The position numbers and the translations under genes are program-made. The notes under the pieces were generated by a model. The model saw only the letters and a program-made list of their open reading frames with translations, was not told the DNA's origin and did no database searches. From positions 96,001-160,000 of the forward strand of contig JACQID010000004.1 of the NCBI GenBank assembly GCA_016198685.1: 64,000 bases of DNA, given 5' to 3'. The stretch comes from Candidatus Aenigmatarchaeota archaeon (GTDB lineage: Archaea; Aenigmatarchaeota; Aenigmatarchaeia; GW2011-AR5). Shown one piece after another: positions 10,158 to 19,624 of the stretch (position 1 is its first letter; each line of letters opens with the position of its first letter).

Positions 10158-10565
10158 ATGGGAATGGGTGGGAATTTGAAGAACTTCAACGTGGTGAAGA
10201 TAGATTCAAAAGGAAGGATGATTATTCCGTTCCAGCTTCGTGATTATCTGAGGCTGAAAGAAGGGACGCAGGTTATAATAACTAACAATGAAAACAAGGA
10301 ACTGAAAATAATTCCGTTGCTTGATTCGACTGTCTACATAGAAGTTATTTTCGTAGACGAGCCTGCGTCTTTGATGAAGATTATAGACATAATCTCAAAG
10401 AACAAGATTGACATCCTCATGAGTACCAGCAAAACAATAGAACGAGGCAAACTGGCAGAGTGGAACGCAATAGCAGATGCCGCCTCTTCCAATGTTGCAA
10501 AACTTGAGGCCGATTTTGCCTCTCTGAAGATGATCAAGAAATTCAAGATAGATACGAAGATTTGA
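10158..10565 (+). CDS. AbrB/MazE DNA-binding domain plus ACT-like domain protein
   Basis: KIDSKGRMIIPFQLRDYLRLKEG AbrB motif; C-terminal DEPASLMKIIDII ACT-like pattern; start moved to ATG 10158. Confidence 0.8.
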   Translation: MGMGGNLKNFNVVKIDSKGRMIIPFQLRDYLRLKEGTQVIITNNENKELKIIPLLDSTVYIEVIFVDEPASLMKIIDIISKNKIDILMSTSKTIERGKLAEWNAIADAASSNVAKLEADFASLKMIKKFKIDTKI

Positions 10566-10604
10566 ATATGGAATTTAACCCGTAATTTAGAGGTTAAGCC
10601 CGTT

Positions 10605-11012
10605 TTAGTCCTGCTTTATTATCTTAAGATCGGATATTTCGCCTATCTTTTCGAGTCTCTTTGCAAGTCTTGGCATCTGGGCGTGGTTCATTCTTACCAG
10701 TGCATTCCAGCGTACCGAGCCGTTGTCAGACTTGCTTTCGCTGCGCAGGATATCTGCCTTGTATGTAGCTAAGGTTTTCATGGCTTTTCTGAAACCTGCA
10801 GAGAAATCCGTGAATGTTATATTCACGATAGTGTTAGCTTTTCTCATAGTCACAGGAGATATGACAAGCTCCCTCTTGCCGGATGTTTCGAGAACAAGCT
10901 CGTCACCATATCTCATGTCAACGATATTCCTTATTTCCATCGGAAGAGAAACCCTGCCCTTCATGTCAACCTTTGTCTTGTAAAATCGCATGACTATTAT
11001 TCCGCGGGACAA
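10605..11012 (-). CDS. AbrB/MazE plus ACT-like domain protein (paralogue of neighbour)
   Basis: KVDMKGRVSLPMEIRNIVDMRYGDEL AbrB motif; similar ACT-like C-terminus (DILRSES...WNALV). Confidence 0.78.
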   Translation of the reverse strand: MSRGIIVMRFYKTKVDMKGRVSLPMEIRNIVDMRYGDELVLETSGKRELVISPVTMRKANTIVNITFTDFSAGFRKAMKTLATYKADILRSESKSDNGSVRWNALVRMNHAQMPRLAKRLEKIGEISDLKIIKQD

Positions 11013-11085
11013 GGATATAAATCACAGCTAAAAATTTTATATGAATAATTTCATAAAATGTGCCGTTTTTTGCGTTAAATTATAT

Positions 11086-11119
11086 GGTTTATTTCATAAT
11101 ATTATAAAATAAATAAACC
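11086..11119. promoter_or_regulatory. AT-rich palindrome in divergent promoter region, candidate operator
   Basis: GGTTTATTT...AAATAAACC arms around the perfect palindrome ATAATATTAT, between two divergent DNA-binding protein genes. Confidence 0.4.
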
Positions 11120-11145
11120 TTTTATCCTTTTACGCTTGAATAGTT

Positions 11146-12075
11146 ATGATGAAAGGCAGTTTCATAGAAAAAGAAGGAGAACGTCAGAAGGTTTATGATG
11201 CGAAGCTTATCAGCCCAAACGGCATGAAATCTTTATCCAGTCCTCTTGCAGGCAAGATAATCGCAGAACTTGCAAGGCATCCGCAGTGCGCCATGGATGT
11301 CTCCCGTAACCTTAAAGAGAATGAGCAGAAGATATATTATTATCTCCGTGGCCTCGAGAAGGCCGGCGTCATAGAGAAGGCGGGAGAAGAGCAGCGATAT
11401 GGCATGGTCGCCAAGATATTCCGTGCGGTTTCGCCGGTTGTCGCGACTAAGCTCTATGATGATGGAAAAATTATTGAAAATATAAATCCGTCAAACGATC
11501 CGGTCGTGATGGATTTTTTCAGGCCCTTCATTGAGAACGGCCGTTTCAATGCTACTGTCGTATTTGGGGATCCTTATCCACACGGAAAATTTGATACAGG
11601 TGCAAGGGATGGGCTATTCATATTTGATTTGGCACTCTTTGTCGGAAAAATGCTGAAGGAAGTTGACTTCCATAGATACAGACTTGACACGGAAGTGGAC
11701 GAAGATGACTTAAAAGAGAACCTTATTGTTATTGGTAACGCAAAAATAAACATGATAATAAATAGAATGAATTTTTCAATGCCAGCGTACTTTGATGCAC
11801 AAAAAGGGTGGGCATTGGTTTTAAAAGATAGCGGAAAAACTTACGATGATGCAAGGATTGGCGTAATAATGAAAATTGATAGTCCATTTTCCCAAAAGAA
11901 AAAAATATTAATAATAGGAGGCGTGGGGATGCGAGGCACAAAAGCCGCCGTATTGGCCATTGTCAATCATACGGATAAAGTAATGGAAAAAATAAAAGAG
12001 GATAAGTTCGCCGTTGTTGAAGGCTATGACAGGGACGGCGATAAAATAATAGAGTCTGTAAATATTATAGGGTAA
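11146..12075 (+). CDS. ArsR-like winged-HTH protein with uncharacterised C-terminal domain
   Basis: LSSPLAGKIIAELARHPQCAMDVSRNLKENEQKIYYYLRGLEKAGVIE HTH; C-terminal NLIVIGNAKIN and ILIIGGVGMRGTKAA. Confidence 0.8.
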   Translation: MMKGSFIEKEGERQKVYDAKLISPNGMKSLSSPLAGKIIAELARHPQCAMDVSRNLKENEQKIYYYLRGLEKAGVIEKAGEEQRYGMVAKIFRAVSPVVATKLYDDGKIIENINPSNDPVVMDFFRPFIENGRFNATVVFGDPYPHGKFDTGARDGLFIFDLALFVGKMLKEVDFHRYRLDTEVDEDDLKENLIVIGNAKINMIINRMNFSMPAYFDAQKGWALVLKDSGKTYDDARIGVIMKIDSPFSQKKKILIIGGVGMRGTKAAVLAIVNHTDKVMEKIKEDKFAVVEGYDRDGDKIIESVNIIG

Positions 12076-12080
12076 TTTAT

Positions 12081-12815
12081 ATGGCAGGTCTATACGCACC
12101 AATGAGAACTCTGAAAGATTCTGATAAGACGACTCCTTATCTGATGAGGCCATTGGCTATGCAGCTAATTGGGGATTGGGGCAATGAAAGGGTGCATATA
12201 ATATGCATAGATAACACAGGTTTCAGCGCCTTTGAGAATGGCTTAGGTCCGGCTCTTGAAGAAAATGGGTACAAAGATCGGCGTAATTTTAGTTATGGTA
12301 CGATGGACATGAGCATGTACCAAGATAAAAATGGATTGAGAAGGATTCCCACGGATGCGAATACATTCAATAGAGTAATAAGTGGCGCTAATCGGTATGT
12401 GTTTCTCGATAAAATCAGAGGCGGAACGGGCATGTTTTCGGCAGTTCATGATGTCATGGAGAAAATGCGGCATGAAGAGGTGCCTTATGCAAATATTCAA
12501 CTGGTTGGAATCATAGATAATGTAGGCATAGCGCATAGGGCGCTTGCAGCACCCGAAAATTTGACTAATTATCATGGGTTGGGAAGATATGAAACACTTA
12601 TTCCAGGACACGATACTCCTGTGGTGAGATACATTAGAGATAGCAAAAACCAGCCATGGCATAAATATCTTTCGCGACCTGAAATTTTATCCAGATTAGG
12701 CGACAGTCTGGCCCCTTATCCAAGAGACTTTGCGCCCCCGTATTCAATTGAGACAGAGAACGGCTTCCAATGGGTCATGGATGATGCCATGCTGTACATG
12801 GGTATCAAAGGTTGA
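12081..12815 (+). CDS. Hypothetical protein, possible divergent type I PRTase fold
   Basis: 244-aa ORF; IICIDNTGF, YVFLDKIRGGTG and IQLVGIID resemble the PRTase strand and PRPP-loop order. Confidence 0.6.
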   Translation: MAGLYAPMRTLKDSDKTTPYLMRPLAMQLIGDWGNERVHIICIDNTGFSAFENGLGPALEENGYKDRRNFSYGTMDMSMYQDKNGLRRIPTDANTFNRVISGANRYVFLDKIRGGTGMFSAVHDVMEKMRHEEVPYANIQLVGIIDNVGIAHRALAAPENLTNYHGLGRYETLIPGHDTPVVRYIRDSKNQPWHKYLSRPEILSRLGDSLAPYPRDFAPPYSIETENGFQWVMDDAMLYMGIKG

Positions 12816-12863
12816 TGATGTGAGAAGTGATGCCGTTCTTGCATAAGCCTATATGATATTTAC

Positions 12864-13262
12864 GTGAAAAATATGACAATGAGTGCTGCTAAATATAATG
12901 CATTGCGCGATATTGTAGGCCCTAAATTATCTAGTATGATAGACTATAAGTCTGCCCTCATGATAGGGGTTGATCCGCAAGGCATTACGGCAGCCGAATT
13001 ATACTCGGGCAGCCTGAGGCAGAGGGGGAAAGACGTGATGTCTATACCGTTTCCTGAAGCCAGAAGGTTCAGAATCAAAGAAATACAAGGCCGCCAATTG
13101 ATATTTTTGGAAGGCAATAAAGCGGAAGGAAGAGCAAAGCTTCTTGCAAGTATAGCAAAGCGTTATGACGATAGAATAACAGGCGCATATCTTGTTTCGC
13201 TGCCTGACACAGAAGAAGACTTCAGAGAACAGGACATCATTGATCTTCGCCTGCGCTACTAG
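12864..13262 (+). CDS. Hypothetical protein, possible divergent type I PRTase fold
   Basis: LMIGVDPQGITAAELYSGSL and IQGRQLIFLEGNKAEG echo the PRTase vgi..gG..A and GkrVllvDDv..tG patterns. Confidence 0.55.
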   Translation: MKNMTMSAAKYNALRDIVGPKLSSMIDYKSALMIGVDPQGITAAELYSGSLRQRGKDVMSIPFPEARRFRIKEIQGRQLIFLEGNKAEGRAKLLASIAKRYDDRITGAYLVSLPDTEEDFREQDIIDLRLRY

Positions 13263-13276
13263 GAAGAAATCTATAC

Positions 13277-14029
13277 TTAATTAACTATGTTCTGGATATT
13301 TGTTGAAAGATTGCGCTGAGTATAATTGGGAAGATCTGCGATATTGCTCATTATTTTATTCTTAGGAAGTCCTAAAACTATCCAATCGTTATATGACAAT
13401 GCGCCTGTTGTAACGCCAATGAAGTCTATGTTGAAATCAGGATAACGGCGTGGAGACATGATTACCGACAAATAATCTGGAAGGGCATCGCCTACATAGA
13501 AGGAAGGCGTGGATGCAACCCAGGCGCCTAGTCTGTTTATCAAAGGCACAAAAAATAATGATGTTCCTTTCGGATACCGAAGATTGCCGCCTATGCAGAA
13601 GTCAAAGTTTCTGTCTATTTCAAGGCCTATGCGTTCAGCGGTATATTTTATCCGGTCCGCGTCCTTTGCGGAAAATATGCCTATGGAACCTTTCATCTTT
13701 CTTATATCGGAGGCCGCGTCCATGACTCCATTTGCCAAATAGACCGAAGGTAATGCGCCTTGCTCATCAAGTTGCTTTTCTATTTGATGCATAGAATTCA
13801 GTACAGTCCGGAACATTGCCGAGTCTTGAATGAGTTCAGGCCAGTAAAAGGAGTTCATGACTTCACGAGAATAGCCGTACACATCGCGTATGAGGCCTTC
13901 ATCTGGCAGTGAAAGACCGTGAAGTTTTGCCGTGGCTTCGAGGATGATATATTCCCTAGGCAACTTTCCAATGCTTATTGTATCGTCAAAATCAAGTGCC
14001 ACCAGAAACTCCGGGCCGGCCTTTGCCAT
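13277..14029 (-). CDS. HAD superfamily hydrolase
   Basis: Motif I LDFDDT, motif II IFSA, motif III YPK, motif IV YVGDALPD. Confidence 0.85.
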   Translation of the reverse strand: MAKAGPEFLVALDFDDTISIGKLPREYIILEATAKLHGLSLPDEGLIRDVYGYSREVMNSFYWPELIQDSAMFRTVLNSMHQIEKQLDEQGALPSVYLANGVMDAASDIRKMKGSIGIFSAKDADRIKYTAERIGLEIDRNFDFCIGGNLRYPKGTSLFFVPLINRLGAWVASTPSFYVGDALPDYLSVIMSPRRYPDFNIDFIGVTTGALSYNDWIVLGLPKNKIMSNIADLPNYTQRNLSTNIQNIVN

Positions 14030-14062
14030 AGTTATTTAATTGGTTTGAAGCTATTAAACAGT

Positions 14063-14980
14063 GTGAAAGCCAGAACGCCGAAAGTCGTGTGCATAGGATC
14101 ATGCAACGCTGATATGGTAGCGCTTATTGATAGATTTCCTACTGCTGATGATAGGGTTATCGTAAATAGTCTTTTTATAAAATCCGGCGGCGGCTCTAAC
14201 ACCGCGGTAGGTCTTGCACGACTAGGGGTTCCCGTCCGGCAAATATCCCTAATTGGTGACGATAAGTTCGGCAGTATGCTTATTGCTGATTTGAATAAAG
14301 AAGGCGTGGACACTTCGAAAATTATTATAAGACATGGTGCAAGCGGCATCGCATTTTGTGCTGTCAAAAAAAATGGTGAACGTAATCTATACGTCCATTA
14401 CGGGGTAGGAGAAACTCTAAGCGAAAAAGATGTAAATTTCAATGAGATAAATAATGCGGAATTTCTTTATCTTTCCGGAATGAATGGTTCGAAAATTATA
14501 GATGTCTATCAAAGAGCTTCTGCTTTAACGAATACTAAAACAATATTTGACCCTGGATGTCTTGCGGAGAAAGGCCTTGGAAAATTACAGGTTATATTGA
14601 AAAACTCCTATGTTTTTATGCCGAATGAATTGGAAGCAGAAATGTTAACGGGAATGAAAGGGGTCAAAGCAGCTGAAACCCTGTTAAAAGCGGGAAGCAA
14701 GATAGTAATTTTAAAACAAGGAAGCGAGGGATGCATACTGGCAATGCAAGGTGCGATTATTCCTGTGTCCACTGATAAGGTGAATGCGGTGGATACAACT
14801 GGCGCTGGAAATGCTTTTGCAGCAGGATTCATTGAAGCTCAACTTAAAGGTAAAGATTTGCTCGATTCGTGCAAATATGCAAACATGATTTCAGCATTAT
14901 CTGTGAAAAAAATAGGGGCAAGAACCATACCTTCCGGTAAAGAAATTGATTCCATTAAGAGAAAATTTGATATTCAATGA
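14063..14980 (+). CDS. PfkB/ribokinase family protein (catalytic Asp replaced by Asn)
   Basis: VVCIGSCNAD, GGGSNTAVGLARLG, FMPNELEA, KQGSEG, VDTTGAGNAF; start at GTG 14063. Confidence 0.88.
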   Translation: MKARTPKVVCIGSCNADMVALIDRFPTADDRVIVNSLFIKSGGGSNTAVGLARLGVPVRQISLIGDDKFGSMLIADLNKEGVDTSKIIIRHGASGIAFCAVKKNGERNLYVHYGVGETLSEKDVNFNEINNAEFLYLSGMNGSKIIDVYQRASALTNTKTIFDPGCLAEKGLGKLQVILKNSYVFMPNELEAEMLTGMKGVKAAETLLKAGSKIVILKQGSEGCILAMQGAIIPVSTDKVNAVDTTGAGNAFAAGFIEAQLKGKDLLDSCKYANMISALSVKKIGARTIPSGKEIDSIKRKFDIQ

Positions 14981-15047
14981 CCCTTATACGAAAAAAGTCA
15001 TAAAAGCATTGAGAGCTTAAAAGTGTTAATCCATATATAATGTATCG

Positions 15048-15902
15048 ATGAAACCGCACTTCCAGCTTGTTGCGGTGGGAACGCCTTCTGTTGACGTTCT
15101 CCACACCGAGAGTGGTATAATCCGAAGATTCGGTGGAGGAGCTGTCATAACTGTTGCCGTAGCGTTGGCAAAATGGGGGATGCAGACCGGAATCATAGGC
15201 CGCTTGGGCAAGGACTCGGGCGGCGAGTGGCTTCTGAGAAATTTCAAGGAAGATGGCGTTGATGTTTCTCTTGTAAAAAAAGACAAGATCCCTACGTCAA
15301 TATGGAGTATAGATATTGCACCAGGCGACAAGGAAATACTTGAACCTCATATTTATTCTCCTCTTGCAAAGCTTTCTTTTGCCCAGAAAAACGCAATAAA
15401 GGATTCCGATGCCGTTATAGTCCGCTTGAATAACCCGCTTTTCAAGGAAACTGCGCATCTGGCCAAAAAGTCCGGCAGCAAATTTTTTGTCACATTCCAT
15501 CTTTTCGAATCATCGCCGCCCACGATCGATTTTCTCCGCCGGCATGAGCCCGACGTCATTTTCATGACAAAAGAAGAATATGAGGAAGCTTTACAGGAGT
15601 TTGATCTTTTCAGCATGGATACGCTTTTTGTGATAATGAAAGGCAGGGACGGATGCTCGATTTTCCACAGGGGCGATATGGTCTCTTACGATGGTTACAG
15701 GTCGCATATTGTGGATTCTACATGTTGGGAGAACTCGTTTGTTGCAGGTTTCCTTTACGGATATATGAACGGCTGGCCATTGAACAGGATCGCGAAGCTT
15801 GCTAATACTCTATCTGCCATAGCAACAACCGAATATGGAAGCAGGCGCAAAGTCCCGACGCGGGACGAGATGGAAAAAATAATTAATTTCGTTACTTCTT
15901 AG
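15048..15902 (+). CDS. Divergent PfkB family protein (degenerate anion hole)
   Basis: GGGAVITVAVALAKWG, GRLGKDSGGEWL, MKGRDGC, VDSTCWENSFVAGF in place of DTxGAGDaF. Confidence 0.8.
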   Translation: MKPHFQLVAVGTPSVDVLHTESGIIRRFGGGAVITVAVALAKWGMQTGIIGRLGKDSGGEWLLRNFKEDGVDVSLVKKDKIPTSIWSIDIAPGDKEILEPHIYSPLAKLSFAQKNAIKDSDAVIVRLNNPLFKETAHLAKKSGSKFFVTFHLFESSPPTIDFLRRHEPDVIFMTKEEYEEALQEFDLFSMDTLFVIMKGRDGCSIFHRGDMVSYDGYRSHIVDSTCWENSFVAGFLYGYMNGWPLNRIAKLANTLSAIATTEYGSRRKVPTRDEMEKIINFVTS

Positions 15903-16433
15903 TCAGATGCCTATTATTTTGAAAAGAATAGTTCTTGGGTATCCTAAGAGGGGCAGTGTAGCAATTGCTTTGCCTTCGATACTCAATATACAGCTTTTGC
16001 CGTCTATTCTTCTGTTTAGCGTATCGGGATTATCATTATTGTCGCCTTTCGTGACCAGAGGATTTGTTGAAACTACGCGATGAATTATCGTTGCTTTAGG
16101 CGGCACATTGTCAAAGCAACCTTCATACGGATGGTAAACTATCACATCCCCTTTCTTTATGCCATCGCTTTTCTTCACCACAACTATGTCTCCTACATAT
16201 AGGCCTTTTTTGTAGGGAAACGAAAGAAAATCTTCGCGAGTTATATTAAACTTGGAATATTCAGTCTCACTCATTGACCACCATTGATCAAAATCTACAG
16301 AGTGCTCCATCGAGCCTGTAACAACTGAAGTCACAGGCACATTTGTCCCAAGCAAGAGAGCGGCCGTTTGATATGCCGCAAGGGCGACTATGACTGCAAG
16401 CGCGACTTCTGCAAGCTCTTTTTTCATTCCCAT
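15903..16433 (-). CDS. Signal peptidase I (Sec11-type)
   Basis: N-terminal TM, VVTGSME (Ser), GDIVVV, IIHRVV (His), TKGDNN. Confidence 0.88.
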   Translation of the reverse strand: MGMKKELAEVALAVIVALAAYQTAALLLGTNVPVTSVVTGSMEHSVDFDQWWSMSETEYSKFNITREDFLSFPYKKGLYVGDIVVVKKSDGIKKGDVIVYHPYEGCFDNVPPKATIIHRVVSTNPLVTKGDNNDNPDTLNRRIDGKSCILSIEGKAIATLPLLGYPRTILFKIIGI

Positions 16434-17189
16434 TCAATCACGTGCCAGATTCAGGATCTCTCGATGAAGCATCTTGGTAGCAGCCACATAATGCGTAAGG
16501 TATGGCGTCCATTTTTCCCCATTTATTCCTGTCACAACGCCGCCGGCTTCTTCCACTATAAGGGCAGGAGCGATGTCCCAAGGTTTTTCATTGAGCATCA
16601 GCGATCCGTCTGCCTTGCCTGATGCCAGCCATGCTAGCTGCACAACTGCGGAGCCGGGTATTCTGAAATCGTCATGAAATTTCTCTGCGAGCTTATCAAA
16701 TCTCTTCCTGACAAACGGGTCACTTATTCCCCAAAAACCGCCAAAGGTTACCATGAAGTTCTCTTTTCTCGGCGAGACAAATATTCTTTTGCCGTTAAGG
16801 AATGCGCCTTTGCCTTTCTCTGCGCTATAAAGTTCCTTAGAGCAAGGAAGATAAATTACAGACAATACAACCTGGCCTTTTCTTTCAAGAGCTATGCCTA
16901 CCCCAAACAAAGGCACTTCAACTACAAAATTATGTGTGCCATCAAGAGGATCGATTATCCATTTACTGTCCGAAGAACCGCTTTCTCCGGATTCCTCGGC
17001 AAGGATTGCATGAGCAGGGAAAACTTTTTTTATTGCCGAGATTATGCTTTTTTCCGCATCAAAATCCGCCTGCGTAGCAAAATCACGCGCACTCTTGTAA
17101 TGAAGCTTGTCGATTTTACTATAATGCTTCATTATTATCTTGCCGGCATTTTTTGCCGCTTTTATTGCCAGTTCCATTTCCTTGGACAT
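16434..17189 (-). CDS. Inositol monophosphatase / FBPase family
   Basis: AEESG, WIIDPLDGTHNF, GSAVVQLAWLASG, KPWDIA. Confidence 0.93.
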   Translation of the reverse strand: MSKEMELAIKAAKNAGKIIMKHYSKIDKLHYKSARDFATQADFDAEKSIISAIKKVFPAHAILAEESGESGSSDSKWIIDPLDGTHNFVVEVPLFGVGIALERKGQVVLSVIYLPCSKELYSAEKGKGAFLNGKRIFVSPRKENFMVTFGGFWGISDPFVRKRFDKLAEKFHDDFRIPGSAVVQLAWLASGKADGSLMLNEKPWDIAPALIVEEAGGVVTGINGEKWTPYLTHYVAATKMLHREILNLARD

Positions 17190-17291
17190 TATTATAAACG
17201 GTCTTGCAGACTTAAAAAGAAGCCCGACAGCGCCCTAAATGCCTCAAAAAGCGGTACGAATAATTTTAAAAACTATTAACTCATTTAATCA

Positions 17292-17624
17292 GTGATTATA
17301 ATGGATGAAAAGCTTCTCCAGAGCATAAAGGATGCCGAAGCGAAGGCGAATAAGATAATCAAGGATGCAGAGAGCCAGAAAGAAAAGTCTGTTTCTAACG
17401 CCCGGAAGGAAGCGGACCAGCTCTTGAAAAAGGAAATCTCCGACTATGAAGTTGAAATGCAGAAATACGCGGAGTCTGAGAGAAGCAAGATAGAAGAGAG
17501 GAAGAAAGCCATACAGACAGAAAAGGCGAGAGCGTTCAAGGCTATCGAAAAAGCGGCCAAGGAAAAGGCCGATGTTGCAATGGAGTGCGTCGCCGAAGAA
17601 TTCGAGAAAATAATCAAAGGCTGA
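17292..17624 (+). CDS. atpH: A-type ATP synthase subunit H
   Basis: IKDAEAKANKIIKDAE coiled coil; first gene of the atp operon. Confidence 0.8.
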   Translation: MIIMDEKLLQSIKDAEAKANKIIKDAESQKEKSVSNARKEADQLLKKEISDYEVEMQKYAESERSKIEERKKAIQTEKARAFKAIEKAAKEKADVAMECVAEEFEKIIKG

Positions 17625-17639
17625 TATATAGGGTCGTTT

Positions 17640-19448
17640 ATGTTTCATCCGGAAAAAATGAGCAGGGTGACGATAGCGGCGCCCAAAGCTTACATGGAAA
17701 AGGTAATAGGGATACTTTATGATTTGAATGCCCTTCACATAGAGGACTATACCGACAAAGAACTTCCTGCCGGTTCCCCCCTCGGAGACGCTGAAAAAGC
17801 TTCTGAACTGCTTCTCGATCTGAGTGCCATAAAATCCGTCATAGGCCGCTGGCTGCCGAAGAAAGGGCCTGCAACAAATGATATTTCCCTCGAGGAAGCA
17901 GAGCGCATCATAAAAAAAATAAGGGAAGAAGTCTCTCGGTTATATGAACGCAAAAAAACTCTCGAAGAAGAGGAAGCAGATCTGGGCAAGGAAGAAAAGA
18001 CCCTGAGGTTTCTCAAAGAAGCTGGTATAAGCAGTTTTGATCAATTAAGCGGTTATGTGACCTTGGAGATGGCGGCGGGCCATCTTAAAAAGCCGGTGAA
18101 GCTGAAAGAGGCTATTGTTTTCAGTCCTAACACCGAAAGATCTCCAGCTGTCATATTCTATAGAAAGGGCGATGAGCATACCAAAAAGAGCGTACTGGAA
18201 AGTCTGATAGAAGAACGAATTGAAACGGGTGGCGATAGGGATGTTTCTGTTTCTCTTCATAATGCATTGGAAAGAAAGAAAGAGATAATGCGCGAAACGC
18301 AGGAAATAGATGAACGCCTGAAGCAGTTGGCCGCTTCATCCGGCCAGCTTCCTGTAATTGAAGCTATCCTTAATGAGCGCCTGAAGAAGAGTGAGGCGCC
18401 ACTCAGATTCGCCGTAAGCAACAATGCATTCGTAATACAGGGCTGGGTTCCCCAGAAGAACGTAGCTAAGCTTGAGGAAAAAATAAAGTCCCTGACAAAG
18501 GAAGCGTATATTCATAGTGAGGAAGACGACGAGGCTCCTACGAAGCTGGAAAATCCCAAGGCGGCGAAGCCGTTTGAGTTCTTCCTGAATCTTTACTCTT
18601 TGCCGCGCTATGACGAGATCGACCCCACTTGGTTCATATTCCTCTCATTCCCGATTTTCTATGGCTTCATGCTTGGCGACATAGGGTACGGTCTTGTGAT
18701 ACTCGCGCTTTCACTGGCGCTCCGTCCTAAATTCAAGGAAATACGGGCGCTGATAGACATTTCCATTATATCCGCAATTTCCACAATGATATTCGGTTTC
18801 ATATTTGGAGAGTTCTTCGGATCAGAAGAAATTTTTGGCTATCATCTGACGCCCTATTTGCACAGAATAGAACATGTCAATGACCTGATACTCGCTTCAG
18901 CAGTCCTTGGGCTCATCCACATAAACGCCGGATTCATATTAGGTTTCATCAATGAGAAGCATCATCATGGCTGGCTAAAGGCCATATTGGCAAAAGGCTC
19001 ATGGCTATTGTTAGAAACAGGCGCTGCATTAGCGGCATTGTCCGCGCTTGGATATGTGAATTTGGACATGACAGTTCCGATCGGAATAATGTTCGTTTCC
19101 ATCCTGATGATACTAAAGGGAGAGGGAATCGCAGGAGTGTTTGAAGTCCCTGCACTCCTTGCTAACGTGCTTTCGTATGCGCGTCTTGCGGCTATCGGCC
19201 TCGCATCAGCATCGCTTGCAATCGTTGTCAATGAGATGTCAGAGCCGCTCTTCCATGGAGGCCTGCTTATGGCAATTTTAGGTGTTACAGTGCTGGTGAT
19301 AGGCCATGCTATAAACATGGCCATAGGAATAATGGACGCTTTCCTACAGTCGATGAGGCTCCATTATGTTGAAGCCTTCGGAAAATTTTACAAGGGCTCA
19401 GGGAAGGCTTACAGGCCTTTCGGACGAGATAACGCAGAGGATAAATAA
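17640..19448 (+). CDS. atpI: A-type ATP synthase subunit I (a)
   Basis: MFHPEKMSRV, PTKLENP, YDEIDPT, YGFMLGDIGYG, SYARL, RLHYVEAFGKFY. Confidence 0.96.
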   Translation: MFHPEKMSRVTIAAPKAYMEKVIGILYDLNALHIEDYTDKELPAGSPLGDAEKASELLLDLSAIKSVIGRWLPKKGPATNDISLEEAERIIKKIREEVSRLYERKKTLEEEEADLGKEEKTLRFLKEAGISSFDQLSGYVTLEMAAGHLKKPVKLKEAIVFSPNTERSPAVIFYRKGDEHTKKSVLESLIEERIETGGDRDVSVSLHNALERKKEIMRETQEIDERLKQLAASSGQLPVIEAILNERLKKSEAPLRFAVSNNAFVIQGWVPQKNVAKLEEKIKSLTKEAYIHSEEDDEAPTKLENPKAAKPFEFFLNLYSLPRYDEIDPTWFIFLSFPIFYGFMLGDIGYGLVILALSLALRPKFKEIRALIDISIISAISTMIFGFIFGEFFGSEEIFGYHLTPYLHRIEHVNDLILASAVLGLIHINAGFILGFINEKHHHGWLKAILAKGSWLLLETGAALAALSALGYVNLDMTVPIGIMFVSILMILKGEGIAGVFEVPALLANVLSYARLAAIGLASASLAIVVNEMSEPLFHGGLLMAILGVTVLVIGHAINMAIGIMDAFLQSMRLHYVEAFGKFYKGSGKAYRPFGRDNAEDK

Positions 19449-19464
19449 TGTTTATAACTTATAG

Positions 19465-19602
19465 TGAAAGACATAACATGAAGGCATCGAAGCTTTTCAC
19501 ATACATGGAGAATCAACGATTCTCCTGTGAGGGTTAAGCTTCTGCTTAACCAATGTATAGCGCGGACATCTAATATGACTAAATATTTATGTCCCGGCTA
19601 TA
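19465..19602 (+). promoter_or_regulatory. Multi-hairpin element in the atpI-atpK intergenic region
   Basis: GGAGAATC-AAC-GATTCTCC (19507-19525), GGTTAAGC-TTCT-GCTTAACC (19532-19551), long stem TATAGCgcGGACAT...ATGTCCcgGCTATA, and GTGAAA...TTTCAC. Confidence 0.55.
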
Positions 19603-19624
19603 TAACTACAAGAGGTGGATTTGA

